Assembly (NCBI GenBank): GCA_043750135.1 | Contig: JAYVCA010000055.1 | Coordinates: 1 to 36,602, forward strand | Origin: Chloroflexota bacterium | GTDB lineage: Bacteria; Chloroflexota; Limnocylindria; P2-11E | Reading direction: 5' to 3' | DNA length: 36,602 nucleotides | Shown here: positions 35,670-36,602 of the stretch, one piece after another | How the letters are laid out: every line of letters begins with the position of its first letter | Position numbering within the stretch: the stretch's first letter is position 1 | The notes under the pieces: generated by a model | Told to the model about the DNA's origin: nothing | Databases searched by the model: none | Seen by the model: only the letters and a program-made list of their open reading frames with translations | Position numbers and translations under genes: made by a program

Positions 35670-36422
35670 CTACCGATAGGTCGCGGGCGCCGCCGTCCAG
35701 CGCGCGAAGGCAGCAGCGTCGTGGGACGGGAACGCCCGGTCAAGGTCGCCATCCACCAGATCACGGATCGCCGCAAGCGAGGCGCGAGCGGCGGCCGGAT
35801 CCGGGGCCGGGATGTCGTCGCGCTCGAGATTCTCGCGGGTGAACGCGGCGTCGCCGCAGAGCACGACGCGGCCGGACCGGGCAAGATCGAGCACCAGCGA
35901 TTGGTGCCCTGGTGCGTGCCCCGGGGTCGGGACCACCGCGACGCCCTTCGCGATCTGCGCCCGGCCGGATGTCGGCAGATAGCGGAGGGAGGGATCGTCC
36001 CAGTAGATCGCCGGGAAATTCGCCCGCCCTTTCGCGTATGCGAGCTGATCCGCTTGGACGACGAACGTCGCCTTCGGGAAGGCGCGGTTGTTGCCGGCGT
36101 GGTCGAAGTGCAGATGGCTGTTCACCACGATGCTGATATCGTCCGGCCGCACGCCGAGGCCGGCGAGGCGCGACACGATCGCATCCTCCGCGCGCATCGT
36201 CACGACCAGATCAGGCTGGGAGCCGAAGGTCGCGTCAGGCCGGTCGACGTGCACCGGATGGAGCCCGGTATCGAAGAGGATGAGTCCCTCGGGGCAGCGG
36301 ATGAGCGCCGACCAGACCGGCTGCTCCACCGGCTCGTCGCGCTCGGGGTGGTCGAGCCACGGCGCGAACTGGCCGCGCGGCAGCCGCACGCCACCGGTGC
36401 GGAAGATCGTGAGCTCCCTCAG
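35670..36422 (-). CDS. MBL-fold N-acyl-homoserine-lactonase (AiiA)-like hydrolase
   Basis: SHLHFDHAGNN (HxHxDH), TPGHAPGHQSL and SHD. As far as I recall Bacillus AiiA, the two align along the whole length. Extended from GTG 36389 to CTG 36422 because LTIFRTGG matches the AiiA N-terminal strand. This gives 250 aa. Confidence 0.75.
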   Translation of the reverse strand: MRELTIFRTGGVRLPRGQFAPWLDHPERDEPVEQPVWSALIRCPEGLILFDTGLHPVHVDRPDATFGSQPDLVVTMRAEDAIVSRLAGLGVRPDDISIVVNSHLHFDHAGNNRAFPKATFVVQADQLAYAKGRANFPAIYWDDPSLRYLPTSGRAQIAKGVAVVPTPGHAPGHQSLVLDLARSGRVVLCGDAAFTRENLERDDIPAPDPAAARASLAAIRDLVDGDLDRAFPSHDAAAFARWTAAPATYR

Positions 36423-36602
36423 GAGCGGAGCAGCTCTTCGACCGCGGCGTAGGGGTCGACGTCGCGACGCGCGACCCGGGCCACCGCATCCTCGAGGCGC
36501 CCAGGCCCGATCCGGTCCTCGAGGCGGCGGATGAGCGCCTGCTGGAGCAGCGACTCGACCTCGGCGCGGGCGGCAGCGGCGCGCCGGCGCTCGTGCTCGC
36601 CG
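36419..36602 (-). CDS. C-terminal fragment of a MeaB/ArgK-type methylmalonyl-CoA mutase-associated GTPase (runs off the window)
   Basis: The minus-strand frame reads ...RAEVESLLQQALIRRLEDRIGPGRLEDAVARVARRDVDPYAAVEELLRS*, which resembles the helical dimerisation tail of MeaB. Only 60 aa are visible and no G-motifs lie in the window. Confidence 0.5.
   Translation of the reverse strand, partial: GEHERRRAAAARAEVESLLQQALIRRLEDRIGPGRLEDAVARVARRDVDPYAAVEELLRS

Overview
This is a very GC-rich bacterial chromosomal window, roughly 70% GC by eye. I saw no rRNA, tRNA, CRISPR array, transposase or integrase. It is almost entirely housekeeping and central-metabolism genes, packed into long minus-strand operons with pervasive 1-4 nt stop/start overlaps (GTGA, ATGA, TGATG).

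Gene order, left to right:
- An Opp/Dpp-type peptide ABC importer: partial second ATPase, ATPase, two permeases and a lipoprotein binding protein.
- A repeat-laden ~360 bp spacer.
- A chain of overlapping or abutting genes: family-5 binding protein, membrane protein (putative anti-sigma), ECF sigma factor, cytoplasmic SH3b-NlpC/P60 peptidase, gcvPB, gcvPA, gcvH, gcvT and a Nudix hydrolase.
- A GT4 glycosyltransferase and an HD-domain protein.
- The t6A genes tsaD, rimI, tsaB and tsaE, with an SCP2-like gene and a small membrane protein.
- An uncharacterised trio: a barrel-like protein, an ASKHA/GlmL-like protein and a C26 amidotransferase.
- A plus-strand arsR-SRPBCC-VOC cassette.
- A propionyl-CoA to succinyl-CoA block: pccB, biotin carboxylase, BCCP, a shortened S45 acylase-like gene, the methylmalonyl-CoA mutase large subunit and the epimerase.
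- A plus-strand ACT-HAD-PaaI operon.
- Aldehyde dehydrogenase, 3-hydroxyisobutyrate dehydrogenase-like gene, an AiiA-like MBL lactonase and a MeaB 3' fragment.

There is no obvious mobile island or defence system. The most interesting signals are:
1. Two quorum-quenching-type hydrolase families (S45 acylase-like and AiiA-like lactonase) embedded in the propionate/methylmalonyl operons.
2. Homology-supported CTG starts that overlap the upstream TGA stop as CTGA.
3. The uncharacterised C26 / ASKHA / barrel trio.
4. Three different short tandem-repeat arrays in 5' regions.
5. An ECF sigma module translationally chained to the glycine cleavage genes, with no room for a glycine riboswitch.

All functional calls come from motif and family recognition by eye. 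No database search was run.
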